Shown here: one piece after another, positions 43,209 through 51,918 of the stretch | Position numbering within the stretch: position 1 is the first letter of the stretch | Layout: every line of letters starts with the position of its first letter | Origin: a virus | Lineage: Duplodnaviria > Heunggongvirae > Uroviricota > Caudoviricetes | Length of the DNA stretch: 64,000 nt | Reading direction: 5' to 3' (one strand) | Virus record (IMG/VR): IMGVR_UViG_3300002835_005179 | Coordinates: 1-64,000 of that record | Translations under genes and position numbers: made by a program | Notes under the pieces: model-generated | Seen by the model: the letters and a program-made list of their open reading frames with translations, nothing else | The model's database searches: none | Told to the model about the DNA's origin: nothing

Positions 43209-44012
43209 AATACGAGAAAGACGATTATTTTTTCTAGTTTCTACCATTTGAGATTTTTGTTTCAAACTAATAATTCGTCCTGGAATAAGTAAATGATTTG
43301 TATCGTCGATATGTTCTAGATCCTTTACTTTAATAAATATATTTTTTGTCCCATCATTATACCACTTCCCTCCCTTATTATTTTTCTTATTTTTATTTTC
43401 TATCAAAGAGGCGGACCGTTTTTTCTTCGTTTCTTCAGATTGTTTTTTATTAAAAGAAGGATTTTTAGAACCCAATTTAGATTCAGACATATTTTTTTTC
43501 TGTTTATCGGTTCTTTTTTGTCCGACGACATATGTATTGCCCAATTTAGATAAACCCATTTTCTTACGGTGAATTTCAGATTTTCTTTTACCTAGTAGTG
43601 CAGCAGATATTTCGGCTTTGGTTTCTGGAGTGTGGTTCTTTCCATACCTAGGAGACTTTTCTCCAGTTTTTCCATACATAGGAGACTTTTCTCCAGACCT
43701 TTTGTCTAGTGCTTCCGGAGTGTATTTATAACCAGACACCCCTTCCCCGCCATCGGTCTTATTTCTCAGGATTCCTGTTCCTAGATCTTTTCGACCATAA
43801 AACTGTATTAGTCTTATTTCTTCGTCGAAGGCTTCTGATTCTGACAGATTTTCGAAGAGAATAGATATTCTAGAAGATTCAACAGGACGAAATCGTCTCT
43901 TACACCAGGCTCTGTTACCCTGACCTTTTCCAATATAATATGGAGTCCCATCTTCTCTTAGAAAAGCATAGACATAGAATCTGGCTGGGTCTTTATAAAT
44001 AGTTTTAGACAT
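43191..44012 (-). CDS. Free-standing GIY-YIG homing endonuclease with NUMOD3-type repeats
   Basis: FYVYAFLREDGTPYYIGKGQGNRAW, followed by GEKSPMYGKTGEKSPRYGKNHTPETK. Start set at MSKTIY (44012), preceded by GGAGG. Confidence 0.8.
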   Translation of the reverse strand: MSKTIYKDPARFYVYAFLREDGTPYYIGKGQGNRAWCKRRFRPVESSRISILFENLSESEAFDEEIRLIQFYGRKDLGTGILRNKTDGGEGVSGYKYTPEALDKRSGEKSPMYGKTGEKSPRYGKNHTPETKAEISAALLGKRKSEIHRKKMGLSKLGNTYVVGQKRTDKQKKNMSESKLGSKNPSFNKKQSEETKKKRSASLIENKNKKNNKGGKWYNDGTKNIFIKVKDLEHIDDTNHLLIPGRIISLKQKSQMVETRKNNRLSRISDNKV

Positions 44013-44077
44013 ATAAGCTACCTCCCAAGTAGTTTGTGTGTTCAGATGGGAGAAAGCGAACACTTTCTCCCCATAAT

Positions 44078-44085
44078 TATTTATA
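44078..44085 (-). promoter_or_regulatory. T4-type late promoter TATAAATA (minus strand)
   Basis: Exact match on the minus strand upstream of the homing endonuclease gene. The hairpin GGAGAAAG..CTTTCTCC (44049-44070) lies between the promoter and the ribosome-binding site. Confidence 0.5.
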
Positions 44086-44108
44086 AAAATATATTCTTGA
44101 CTATTTTA

Positions 44109-44147
44109 TCAGAATTTGAAATTATCAAAGTTCTTCTTATATGAAGA
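44109..44147 (-). pseudogene. Duplicated relic of the helicase (gp41) gene 3' end
   Basis: About 38 of 41 nt are identical to 45063-45104. It encodes ..YKKNFDNFKF-stop, like the true gp41 C-terminus. Confidence 0.7.
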
Positions 44148-44212
44148 TCCTCACCGTACTTGCGAATTGTATGAAAGTTCTAATTGGTATAAGTTTAAGA
44201 AATTCATTCGCT

Positions 44213-44239
44213 TAGAAAAATAAAGGGGCCGCTGGCCCC
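44213..44239 (-). terminator. Rho-independent terminator
   Basis: Minus strand reads GGGGCC-agc-GGCCCC followed by TTTATTTTT. The TAG stop of ORF 44239 abuts the stem. Confidence 0.65.
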
Positions 44240-45051
44240 TATTTCTTTATTTGTAATAACATTTTCTGAAGTGCGTTAAATAGATTCTTCTCATTAGAGA
44301 ATTGTTCATAATTCATCATTAATTCTAAATCGTTATCTAACTTGGAATTAGTATTTGTCATAATCAATAAAGACTCATATTCTTCATATCCTTCCGTGTC
44401 AACATAAACAGATTCGACGGATTCAACTCCATCTGGAGTCATAAACACTGCAGACAATTCATCAGGATTTTCTGGAATAGAAGTAAGTTTATCTGACAAA
44501 GAAATAGATTCTATAAAATCATCTTTTGTTCTTTGTAACTCTTTGGATACAAATAATCTGACGCCAAGTATTGCCCAAATCTTGATTCCTTCTCTTCCAT
44601 ATAAATTCTTCCACATCTTTCTTGCACCAGCAGATTGAGTATCTAATGCTGCAAGATTGATTCCCCTCTTTATCAATCCCATATATGTTGTAGGCATAAT
44701 TCCTTTTCCAATATATTCTGTTTTCAAATATGAATTGATGATCTCATAAAAATCATATCCGTACCGATTATATATTGGTCTCTTGTATAGATGCAACATA
44801 CCAATACATCTTGGGGTCTTGTTGACCATAACCCAATTAGTTATGTATGTTACTGGCCCCTTTGTAAAATATCTGACTTCTATAATAATATCATCTTTTG
44901 TTTTAAACAAAAGAGGCTTATCAAATTCACTATATATTGTTGCATATTCTTGTGAACTTGGAAAATCTCGTGTTGATTTAGCGAAATCTTTCGTGATTGA
45001 AAGATTTCGCTGTAATTCTACTATATGATTAGAAAATTCTTTAAATAACAT
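44239..45051 (-). CDS. Hypothetical protein (270 aa), weak GNAT-like motif
   Basis: EYIGKGIM..SAGARKMWKNL resembles GNAT motif A. The gene is bracketed by the gp41 3'-end duplication. Ends in TAG. Confidence 0.45.
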   Translation of the reverse strand: MLFKEFSNHIVELQRNLSITKDFAKSTRDFPSSQEYATIYSEFDKPLLFKTKDDIIIEVRYFTKGPVTYITNWVMVNKTPRCIGMLHLYKRPIYNRYGYDFYEIINSYLKTEYIGKGIMPTTYMGLIKRGINLAALDTQSAGARKMWKNLYGREGIKIWAILGVRLFVSKELQRTKDDFIESISLSDKLTSIPENPDELSAVFMTPDGVESVESVYVDTEGYEEYESLLIMTNTNSKLDNDLELMMNYEQFSNEKNLFNALQKMLLQIKK

Positions 45052-45062
45052 ACATATATTTA

Positions 45063-46463
45063 TTAGAATTTGAAATTATCGAAGTTCTTCTTATATTTCG
45101 AAGAACCATATCCTGAATCAAATTCACCATAATTATTATCCTGATAAGGATCTTGAATACCACCTTCTCCATCAATCTGAATATCACCGATATCAAATAA
45201 TCTCATCTTAGATCTATCAATACCAACCAAGAATTTCTTATTCTTAGTCACATCATTATATCTATTCTTCAACTGTTTAATCATCAACTGACCAAGTTTT
45301 TCTAATTCTTCTGTATTAATTAGAGCAATCATGAAATCGCAAGTGGCGGCGACGCCGAAACTTTCTGCAATATCACCCATACCAGCATCAGAATCAGACG
45401 CTCCAGATCTCGTAAATTGTGATGCGGATACGATCGGAAGATTAGCTTCTACAGCAAGACCACGAACTTCTTCAGCAATAGACTTAACCAACATATAAGA
45501 ATTTACTTGACCGTTATTCTTAATTCTTGAAGAAGCACAAATATTCAAATAATCAATATAGATAATATCTGGAATAAACTTCTTCTTTAGAGCAAGTTCA
45601 TGTAGAAGATATCTGAAGTGTGATACGTTGGCTGAACCAGTTGGATATTCCTTGATAACCAACTTGCCTGGTGTTCGACTTTCTAACTTATTAATTAGTG
45701 ATAAGAATTGTTTCTTAGAAATTTGTTTTAGAGTATCTAAGGTAATATCCAATAGATTCGCATCAATTCTCTCGGCGATTCTTTCTTCAGCCATTTCACA
45801 TGTAATATACAAAACATTCTTACCATCAAGAACATTAGAAGCTGCCATATGACACATCGCCAAAGTTTTTCCAGCATTAACACCACCAAGAATTAAGTTT
45901 AGCGTTTTTCTCGGAAGTCCTCCACCAGTAATAAGATTTAAATTCTGGATATCAAAACGAATTCTCTCTTCTTTCTTATGATAAAATTCAAATCTTGTTT
46001 CTGCATCAGAAACAAAATCATGACCAACTGATGGATCGAATGTAATTGCAAGAGCTTCTTTAAGAATTTCAGGAATAGAACCTTTATCTCTAGTATCTTT
46101 TTCATCAGATATAATCTTAATAGAATCTAAGATTGCATTATGCAATGATTTTTCTTTACAAAATGATTCAGTCTGTTTGATCAAGAATTTTAAATCAGTT
46201 TGCTCATTCTTCGACCAAGAATCTAATAGATTAGATATTACTTCTGAGTCTTCAATTTTAATCTTCTTAGATTCAGAAGTCATAATCTTAATAGCTTCTA
46301 CGGAAGCTTGTTTATTATATTCTGTGACAAACGAATTAATGAATTTAAATATACTTCTATCATTATGATCCGAAAAATATTCAGACTTTAGAAAGGGTAA
46401 TACTGATCTAGTATATTCTTCGTTATGTAAGAGATTCTTTAAAACCAAATGTTCAATTTTCAT
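45063..46463 (-). CDS. gp41: Replicative DNA helicase (gp41, DnaB-like)
   Basis: Walker A GGVNAGKTLAM and DnaB-type blocks. Start set at MKIEHL (46463), preceded by AGGAGAA. The longer track ORF reads into the degenerate repeat. Confidence 0.9.
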   Translation of the reverse strand: MKIEHLVLKNLLHNEEYTRSVLPFLKSEYFSDHNDRSIFKFINSFVTEYNKQASVEAIKIMTSESKKIKIEDSEVISNLLDSWSKNEQTDLKFLIKQTESFCKEKSLHNAILDSIKIISDEKDTRDKGSIPEILKEALAITFDPSVGHDFVSDAETRFEFYHKKEERIRFDIQNLNLITGGGLPRKTLNLILGGVNAGKTLAMCHMAASNVLDGKNVLYITCEMAEERIAERIDANLLDITLDTLKQISKKQFLSLINKLESRTPGKLVIKEYPTGSANVSHFRYLLHELALKKKFIPDIIYIDYLNICASSRIKNNGQVNSYMLVKSIAEEVRGLAVEANLPIVSASQFTRSGASDSDAGMGDIAESFGVAATCDFMIALINTEELEKLGQLMIKQLKNRYNDVTKNKKFLVGIDRSKMRLFDIGDIQIDGEGGIQDPYQDNNYGEFDSGYGSSKYKKNFDNFKF

Positions 46464-46674
46464 AATTAGTTTTCTCCTGTGATAACGACCAAGAATTAGA
46501 GTCTGAACCTGAGCCTGAAGAAGATAAATTTGCAGACCAAGATTCTGATTTGGGTATCTCTCCGGACCAAGACCAGGATCCCGATCTGCGTGAATTTCCA
46601 ATTCCACTCCATGATCCAGAAAATAAACGAGTCCAATATATATATTCTGATTTCTTTCTTAATTTGTGAATCAT
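46453..46674 (-). CDS. Diverged Ser/Gly/Trp-rich small protein (73 aa), member of the Ser-Xaa family
   Basis: Basic leader MIHKLRKKSEYIYW followed by SGSWSGIGNSRRSGSWSWSG.., using mixed Ser codons (tct, tca, agt, tcg, tcc). It has an ATGA overlap with the upstream gene and an 11-nt overlap with the gp41 start. Confidence 0.55.
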   Translation of the reverse strand: MIHKLRKKSEYIYWTRLFSGSWSGIGNSRRSGSWSWSGEIPKSESWSANLSSSGSGSDSNSWSLSQEKTNYEN

Positions 46675-46865
46675 AAATTGGATGTCCCGGATTTAGAACC
46701 ATATCGATATCTACTGTCGGTAATCCATGATAGATAATGATTAGATTGGCCAGACTTAGAAGATAAGAAGATACTCGAAGAGGTTCCGCATCTATGGAGA
46801 CCGGAGAAGAACCTCTTCTTGGAATTAAATCTCAATCTAATAGATTTTCTTTTTGTTGTTAACAT
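46671..46865 (-). CDS. Diverged Ser/Gly-rich small protein (64 aa), member of the Ser-Xaa family
   Basis: Basic leader MLTTKRKSIRLRFNSKKRFF followed by an S/G-rich tail with mixed Ser codons. Confidence 0.5.
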   Translation of the reverse strand: MLTTKRKSIRLRFNSKKRFFSGLHRCGTSSSIFLSSKSGQSNHYLSWITDSRYRYGSKSGTSNL

Positions 46866-46896
46866 ATTTCCATTTATCTTGAATAATCTAGAATAA

Positions 46897-47064
46897 TTAA
46901 TTTCCAGACCTAGACCAAGACCTAGACCTAGACCTAGACCAAGACTCAGACCTAGACTCAGACCTAGACCAAGACCCAGACCTAGACCTAGACCTAGACC
47001 AAGACCAAGACCAAGACCCAGACCTAGACCAAATAATTCTTTTGTAAATTGATTTCTTTATCAT
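46897..47064 (-). CDS. Ser-Xaa dipeptide-repeat small protein (55 aa)
   Basis: MIKKSIYKRIIW leader plus a (TCTNGG)n repeat, ending SGN-TAA. Confidence 0.5.
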   Translation of the reverse strand: MIKKSIYKRIIWSRSGSWSWSWSRSRSRSGSWSRSESRSESWSRSRSRSWSRSGN

Positions 47065-47068
47065 ATTT

Positions 47069-47275
47069 TTAGTTAGACCTAGACCCAGACCTAGACCTAG
47101 ACCAAGACTCAGACCTAGACCCAGACCAAGACCAAGACCCAGACCCAGACCAAGACCTAGACCTAGACCCAGACCAAGACCCAGACCCAGACCCAGACCC
47201 AGACCAAGACCAAGACCCAGACTCAGACCTAGACCTAGACCCAATATTTTTTTTGTAAATTGATTTCTTTATCAT
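47069..47275 (-). CDS. Ser-Xaa dipeptide-repeat small protein (68 aa)
   Basis: MIKKSIYKKNIG leader plus the repeat, ending RSN-TAA 4 nt before the next ATG. Confidence 0.5.
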   Translation of the reverse strand: MIKKSIYKKNIGSRSRSESGSWSWSGSGSGSGSWSGSRSRSWSGSGSWSWSGSRSESWSRSRSGSRSN

Positions 47276-47289
47276 ATTACAATTATAAC

Positions 47290-47628
47290 TTATTTTGTAA
47301 TATTAGTCAACTGGGAATCATTTGCATGCAAAATAGCATATTCTAATATCTTCTTAATTAATTTCTTGACAATTTGAATCAGAGTTTTATCATTACTGGA
47401 TACATTATTGGGAGAGTACACAACTGTCATATCAAACGTCAATATAGAAGAATCTTCTTCTTCACAAGTTATATCTGTTATTTCTATAATAGTTTCTTTA
47501 TGTTTTCCTTCATCTAATCTCAATAATATCTTTTCGTTATTGTTGTGTTCTGTAATAAAGAACGATGCTTTCATATCTGAAAATGGTACTATCTTATATG
47601 ATTCTTCTTTTTGTTTAGTATTTTTCAT
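47290..47628 (-). CDS. Hypothetical acidic protein (112 aa)
   Basis: Track ORF lying between UvsX and the repeat genes. Confidence 0.45.
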   Translation of the reverse strand: MKNTKQKEESYKIVPFSDMKASFFITEHNNNEKILLRLDEGKHKETIIEITDITCEEEDSSILTFDMTVVYSPNNVSSNDKTLIQIVKKLIKKILEYAILHANDSQLTNITK

Positions 47629-47652
47629 TTATATCTCCAAAAGAAAGAGGAC

Positions 47653-48693
47653 TTAGTCCTCTTCTGCATATTCTTCCGTTGTTTCATCTTCTACAATCTT
47701 ATTAGATAACTTAAATTTATAGATAACATAATCTTGAAAAGTTTTATCTTGCATAATAGATTCCCAAAAATCTTCAGTATTTGTGGCATCTAATCGATAA
47801 TTCTTATCTTCTCCTACTTTTTGGTACCATCCATTTTTTGGCTTGATTACATGTCCCGATTCCAAAGCGAGATCCATCAATCCAGAATATTTACTAATTC
47901 CGTCATTGAATTTAACTTGAAATGTTAATTTACTCTTCTCTTTTACGAATCTAGATTTCTCAATGTTGATAGTAAAATTATAACCCACTAGATCGGTACC
48001 ATCTTTTTCTTGTGTGCGTGTTACAATAAAAATCTGATTTGCAGAATATGTCACTGATGTACCACCACCAACGACGGCTTTAGAGTAGAGCTCCATTGTA
48101 GCATAAACGTGATTTATTACAAGACAAGGAATATCTTTCATAGTAAGATGGGGAGTAATGATTCTCAACAATGATCGAATCGATTTTGCTCTGGTCATAT
48201 CTGCAACTGATTTTTCATCAACAGCATCATCTACTTCTTTCTTAGAAGAAAGCGATCCTAATGAATCAATCATGACGAATACTTTATCACCACGTTGTAT
48301 TTCATTCAATCGTTTGACTATATCAAATTTAAGTTGTTCGATATGTTCGATTGGAATATGAATGATTCTAGAAGCGTCGATTCCATACATCTCAAGATAT
48401 TCTGGTGTAATACCAAACTCAGAATCATAGAGAAGTGCTACGGAATCTTCATACTTATCAAAGTAAGCCTTCATACAATAAAGAGAAAGAAGTGTCTTGT
48501 ATGACTTTGATTGTCCGGCAACTACAGTTAAACCTGGAACTAGACCACCATTCAGATCTCCAGAAAATGCAATATTTAAGATAGGAAGTTCGGTGCTAAT
48601 GCAATCTTTAATATTGAAGAACGATGATTCGGATAAGATCTCTGCGTTTTTTACAGATCCTGCTTTTTGTAATTTGTCTAATAGTTTACTCAT
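47653..48693 (-). CDS. uvsX: Recombinase UvsX (RecA-like)
   Basis: Walker A-like VAGQSKSYKT (compare T4 GPSKSFKS) and a RecA-fold block VFVMIDSLGSL. Confidence 0.9.
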   Translation of the reverse strand: MSKLLDKLQKAGSVKNAEILSESSFFNIKDCISTELPILNIAFSGDLNGGLVPGLTVVAGQSKSYKTLLSLYCMKAYFDKYEDSVALLYDSEFGITPEYLEMYGIDASRIIHIPIEHIEQLKFDIVKRLNEIQRGDKVFVMIDSLGSLSSKKEVDDAVDEKSVADMTRAKSIRSLLRIITPHLTMKDIPCLVINHVYATMELYSKAVVGGGTSVTYSANQIFIVTRTQEKDGTDLVGYNFTINIEKSRFVKEKSKLTFQVKFNDGISKYSGLMDLALESGHVIKPKNGWYQKVGEDKNYRLDATNTEDFWESIMQDKTFQDYVIYKFKLSNKIVEDETTEEYAEED

Positions 48694-48739
48694 TTGTTTC
48701 CTTTTGCTGTTTGATACAGGAGCTACCTGTGTTTAATAT

Positions 48740-51253
48740 TTAGTCGAAAAACGAATCAAGAGTTGATTTGTTTTCTAATGACCAAGAAATTGCATCTAAA
48801 ATAGTAGAAATAGGTTCTATAAAAGTCTTTTGAAATTGTAAATTGTAATCTATAAATTCATGTAATTTAAGTTCCGGAGGAAGAATTGAATTGAAAGAAA
48901 TTATATTCTCTCGAATCATATTCGGTTCTTTAAGATACAAGAATTTAATCTTTTCTCCTTCGTGGATCTCAGTATACTTCTTTAGAAGATCATTCTTTTT
49001 CAAGAGATTGTTGTAAACAAGTGAACCTCTTACATGTATTGGAGTTCCTTTTGTATAGATAGAAATATTAGATGAATATGTTTTTAGATTATTAACACCT
49101 CTGGGAAATGCAATATCTTCTGGAGAAAGCGAAAGAAATTCTTTTTTTACATTATCAATATATTCACGCAAATCAGACTCATTCGATTTCATGATAATTT
49201 TAATTGCTTCTTTAATTTTACCACGACAAAATTTTGGAGTTGAAGATTTAACAGCTTCAATACCCATGATTTTCATTTTTGGTTCTGAATATCTTACTCC
49301 TTCTGAATCATAAACATTTAACATATATCTTTTCTTTGCCGTCCAAATACCACGATCGGCGATCGATTCTCTCTTCATAATCATTTTCTGTGAGTATGAA
49401 TTTAGATAATCAGCTAGATCTTCATAAGAATCATTAATTATTTTCTGAAGTTGTTCTTTGCATATTTTATCTAGAAGATCAACTGTCTGTTCGTTAGTCT
49501 TATTGGGAAAGAATTTGTTTACTAGATCTTGAAGATCTAAATATGCCGAGTCCGTATCTATTGCGATAACATAATCTTTATTCGTTTTTAATATATTTCT
49601 TAGATATCCATTCAATCTATTAGAAACCCAACGAATAGCCAATTGGCCAGATACAGTAATTGATTCTGCAATTCTCTTATCTGAGAATCTAAAATATCTA
49701 TTGGCAATTGCACCATAAGCTGAATTCAATGCAATCTTCTTAGCCATCTGCAGATTCTTATACTTTGAGATATCATTCAGAATTTGCTTAGTATCTTCAC
49801 CAGTCTTATTTGCGGATTCTAAATCTTTTTCCGCTTGAATCATTTTTGACTTATAAATCTTACGTTGTTCGAACATCCAGGACATGAGCTGTGTCAAAAA
49901 TCCATCCTTATCTCTACGATACAATTGTCCTGTCGCAGACATTGAGAAATTATTTTTCTTTAAATCTGATAGATCTATCTCCTTAGATAACAATTTATCT
50001 ACAGAAATACCAGGAATAATCTTATCTATAATTGTGTCCGGAGAAAAATTCCCGCCCATAATAAGATGAGGGTACAGCGATTGTAAATCGAAAGAAACTA
50101 CCCAATTATAGAATCCAGGTCTGGGTTCTTTTACATAAGCTCCTTCAATTTCTTCTTTAATTGATTCTTGTCTTTCAGGAATAACATAACCTCTTGAAAG
50201 TAGATGATTGTAAATAATAACATCCCACATTCTAATTTGAGAGAATACGTCATCGAAATTGACTTTTGCGTCATAAGCCATAGTCATAGCCAACTCGATT
50301 AATTTCATCTTATTTTCAAGAGAAACAACTAAATCCACATCTTTCGCATTGTATTCGAGAAATTTATTATAATCTTCTTTATAAAGAAGGTGAAGAGAAC
50401 CATACTCAGAATAATCTAATTTATTTTCACCAAGTTCAACAGAAGCAATATAATCTAATTTATAAGATTCCTGAGCAGAGTAAGTGAATTTCTTATAGAG
50501 ATCTAGATAATCAAGAACAGAGATACCGAACATATCATATGTCTGGACTTTCTTACCCATAATTTCAATAGTCTCTTCACGTAAGATTTTCCATGGCGAA
50601 AGATTCTTTGCCTTGGCTTCACCAAATACACGTGTAATTCTATTGATTAGATAGGGAATATCGAAGAATTTAACGTGCCATCCCGAAACAACATCAGGAT
50701 AATTCGATTTCCAAACCTTCAAGAATTTCTCTAGTAATATCTCTTCAGATTCACAAGGAAGATATATCGCATCGGTCAAATTTCCTGTGAAATGATCAAA
50801 TCCCAATACAATCTTTTTCTCTAGATTAGAAAATTTAATTGTAATGGCATTAATTTCTTCAATGGCATTTGAAATAGAAGGAAATCCATTCTCACAAGTA
50901 CATTCGATATCTATATATGCAACCACAATATCTTCGGTTTTCCATTGTATATCACTGTTAGTGTTTTGTGATATCCATTGATATTGTGGTTGTATATTAC
51001 CATATACTGAGAAATTACCAACATCCTTATTGCGTGCGATAAATTCTCTTGTTTCTTTTACATTCCCAGCATCAAATTCAATAACAGGATATTCATCTAA
51101 GTTCTTAAATTCCGATACTGTATTTGGTGAAGAGGCAGGAATCCAGATTCTAGGATGAAAATCATTTATCCTATCTTGTTCTCGCTTCCTGTCCTCAACA
51201 TAACGAACATATAAAGTATTTCCCCAAGATTGAACATTAGTATAATATTTCAT
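48740..51253 (-). CDS. gp43: Family B DNA polymerase (gp43)
   Basis: Exo I YIDIECTC, SLYPHLIMG, KIALNSAYGA and AIDTDSAYL. Confidence 0.9.
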   Translation of the reverse strand: MKYYTNVQSWGNTLYVRYVEDRKREQDRINDFHPRIWIPASSPNTVSEFKNLDEYPVIEFDAGNVKETREFIARNKDVGNFSVYGNIQPQYQWISQNTNSDIQWKTEDIVVAYIDIECTCENGFPSISNAIEEINAITIKFSNLEKKIVLGFDHFTGNLTDAIYLPCESEEILLEKFLKVWKSNYPDVVSGWHVKFFDIPYLINRITRVFGEAKAKNLSPWKILREETIEIMGKKVQTYDMFGISVLDYLDLYKKFTYSAQESYKLDYIASVELGENKLDYSEYGSLHLLYKEDYNKFLEYNAKDVDLVVSLENKMKLIELAMTMAYDAKVNFDDVFSQIRMWDVIIYNHLLSRGYVIPERQESIKEEIEGAYVKEPRPGFYNWVVSFDLQSLYPHLIMGGNFSPDTIIDKIIPGISVDKLLSKEIDLSDLKKNNFSMSATGQLYRRDKDGFLTQLMSWMFEQRKIYKSKMIQAEKDLESANKTGEDTKQILNDISKYKNLQMAKKIALNSAYGAIANRYFRFSDKRIAESITVSGQLAIRWVSNRLNGYLRNILKTNKDYVIAIDTDSAYLDLQDLVNKFFPNKTNEQTVDLLDKICKEQLQKIINDSYEDLADYLNSYSQKMIMKRESIADRGIWTAKKRYMLNVYDSEGVRYSEPKMKIMGIEAVKSSTPKFCRGKIKEAIKIIMKSNESDLREYIDNVKKEFLSLSPEDIAFPRGVNNLKTYSSNISIYTKGTPIHVRGSLVYNNLLKKNDLLKKYTEIHEGEKIKFLYLKEPNMIRENIISFNSILPPELKLHEFIDYNLQFQKTFIEPISTILDAISWSLENKSTLDSFFD

Positions 51254-51285
51254 ATTACTAATTATACTATATTATTTGTTATTTG

Positions 51286-51918
51286 TCAAGTAATTTGTAT
51301 CTTAGATGAGAAGTCATTTACTTTTGCAAGCAGAGACGCACCATATCCGGAATCTAGATTAAGTCCTCTGCCACCAATTACTTGTGTTACTGCTCTATCT
51401 GCATCGGCTTGATTTGTGAATTGTATTTTTCCAGATAATCCAACCAATACAAATTTAACAGAAATAATTGCAGAAATATTTCTATCAGTTACCAACAGAT
51501 CTGGATCTTGGATAATATTGAATCCACATAGATCACCATACGTTTTATAATTTGATCTACCAGTTAATTGGATGTATCCTCTCCCACGATAAGTCCAACC
51601 ATCTCCTGGATTAACATTACCCATTCCCCTACCAATAACATTGGTATTTCCATAAATCAATTCAGCAAATTCTTGTGGATTGCATTTTATTCTTGACAAT
51701 TCTGAATCTGACAATCGATAAACCCTAGAACCAAATATAGATTTGATTCTAGAATTATCTGTTTTACAATAATTTAGATTTTCTTCTTTTGGGATTAAAC
51801 CACACTCTTTATATGCATTGGATATTATCGCTTTTTTTAAAAAATCACATTTAATACCGCAAGCTACACATGCATCTAATATTGGTTGTATAAGTTGTTT
51901 ATCCATATCTATGTCCAA
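51286..51918 (-). CDS. GH19-like lysozyme (endolysin candidate)
   Basis: GDGWTYRGRGYIQLTGRSNYKTYG matches the GH19 core. Confidence 0.65.
   Translation of the reverse strand: MDIDMDKQLIQPILDACVACGIKCDFLKKAIISNAYKECGLIPKEENLNYCKTDNSRIKSIFGSRVYRLSDSELSRIKCNPQEFAELIYGNTNVIGRGMGNVNPGDGWTYRGRGYIQLTGRSNYKTYGDLCGFNIIQDPDLLVTDRNISAIISVKFVLVGLSGKIQFTNQADADRAVTQVIGGRGLNLDSGYGASLLAKVNDFSSKIQIT

Larger units (their letters stand above)
46897..47275 (-). repeat. Inverted second copy of the leader plus (GGTCTN)n tandem units
   Basis: Two units with the same leader/spacer sequence as 20422-21123, in the opposite orientation. Confidence 0.9.

Noticed and set aside
46464-46607. N-terminal extension of the helicase ORF (MELEIHADRDPGLGPE..).
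   Set aside because: The extension reads through the diverged repeat gene in another frame. A strong AGGAGAA site precedes MKIEHL at 46463, which matches DnaB/gp41 N-termini.
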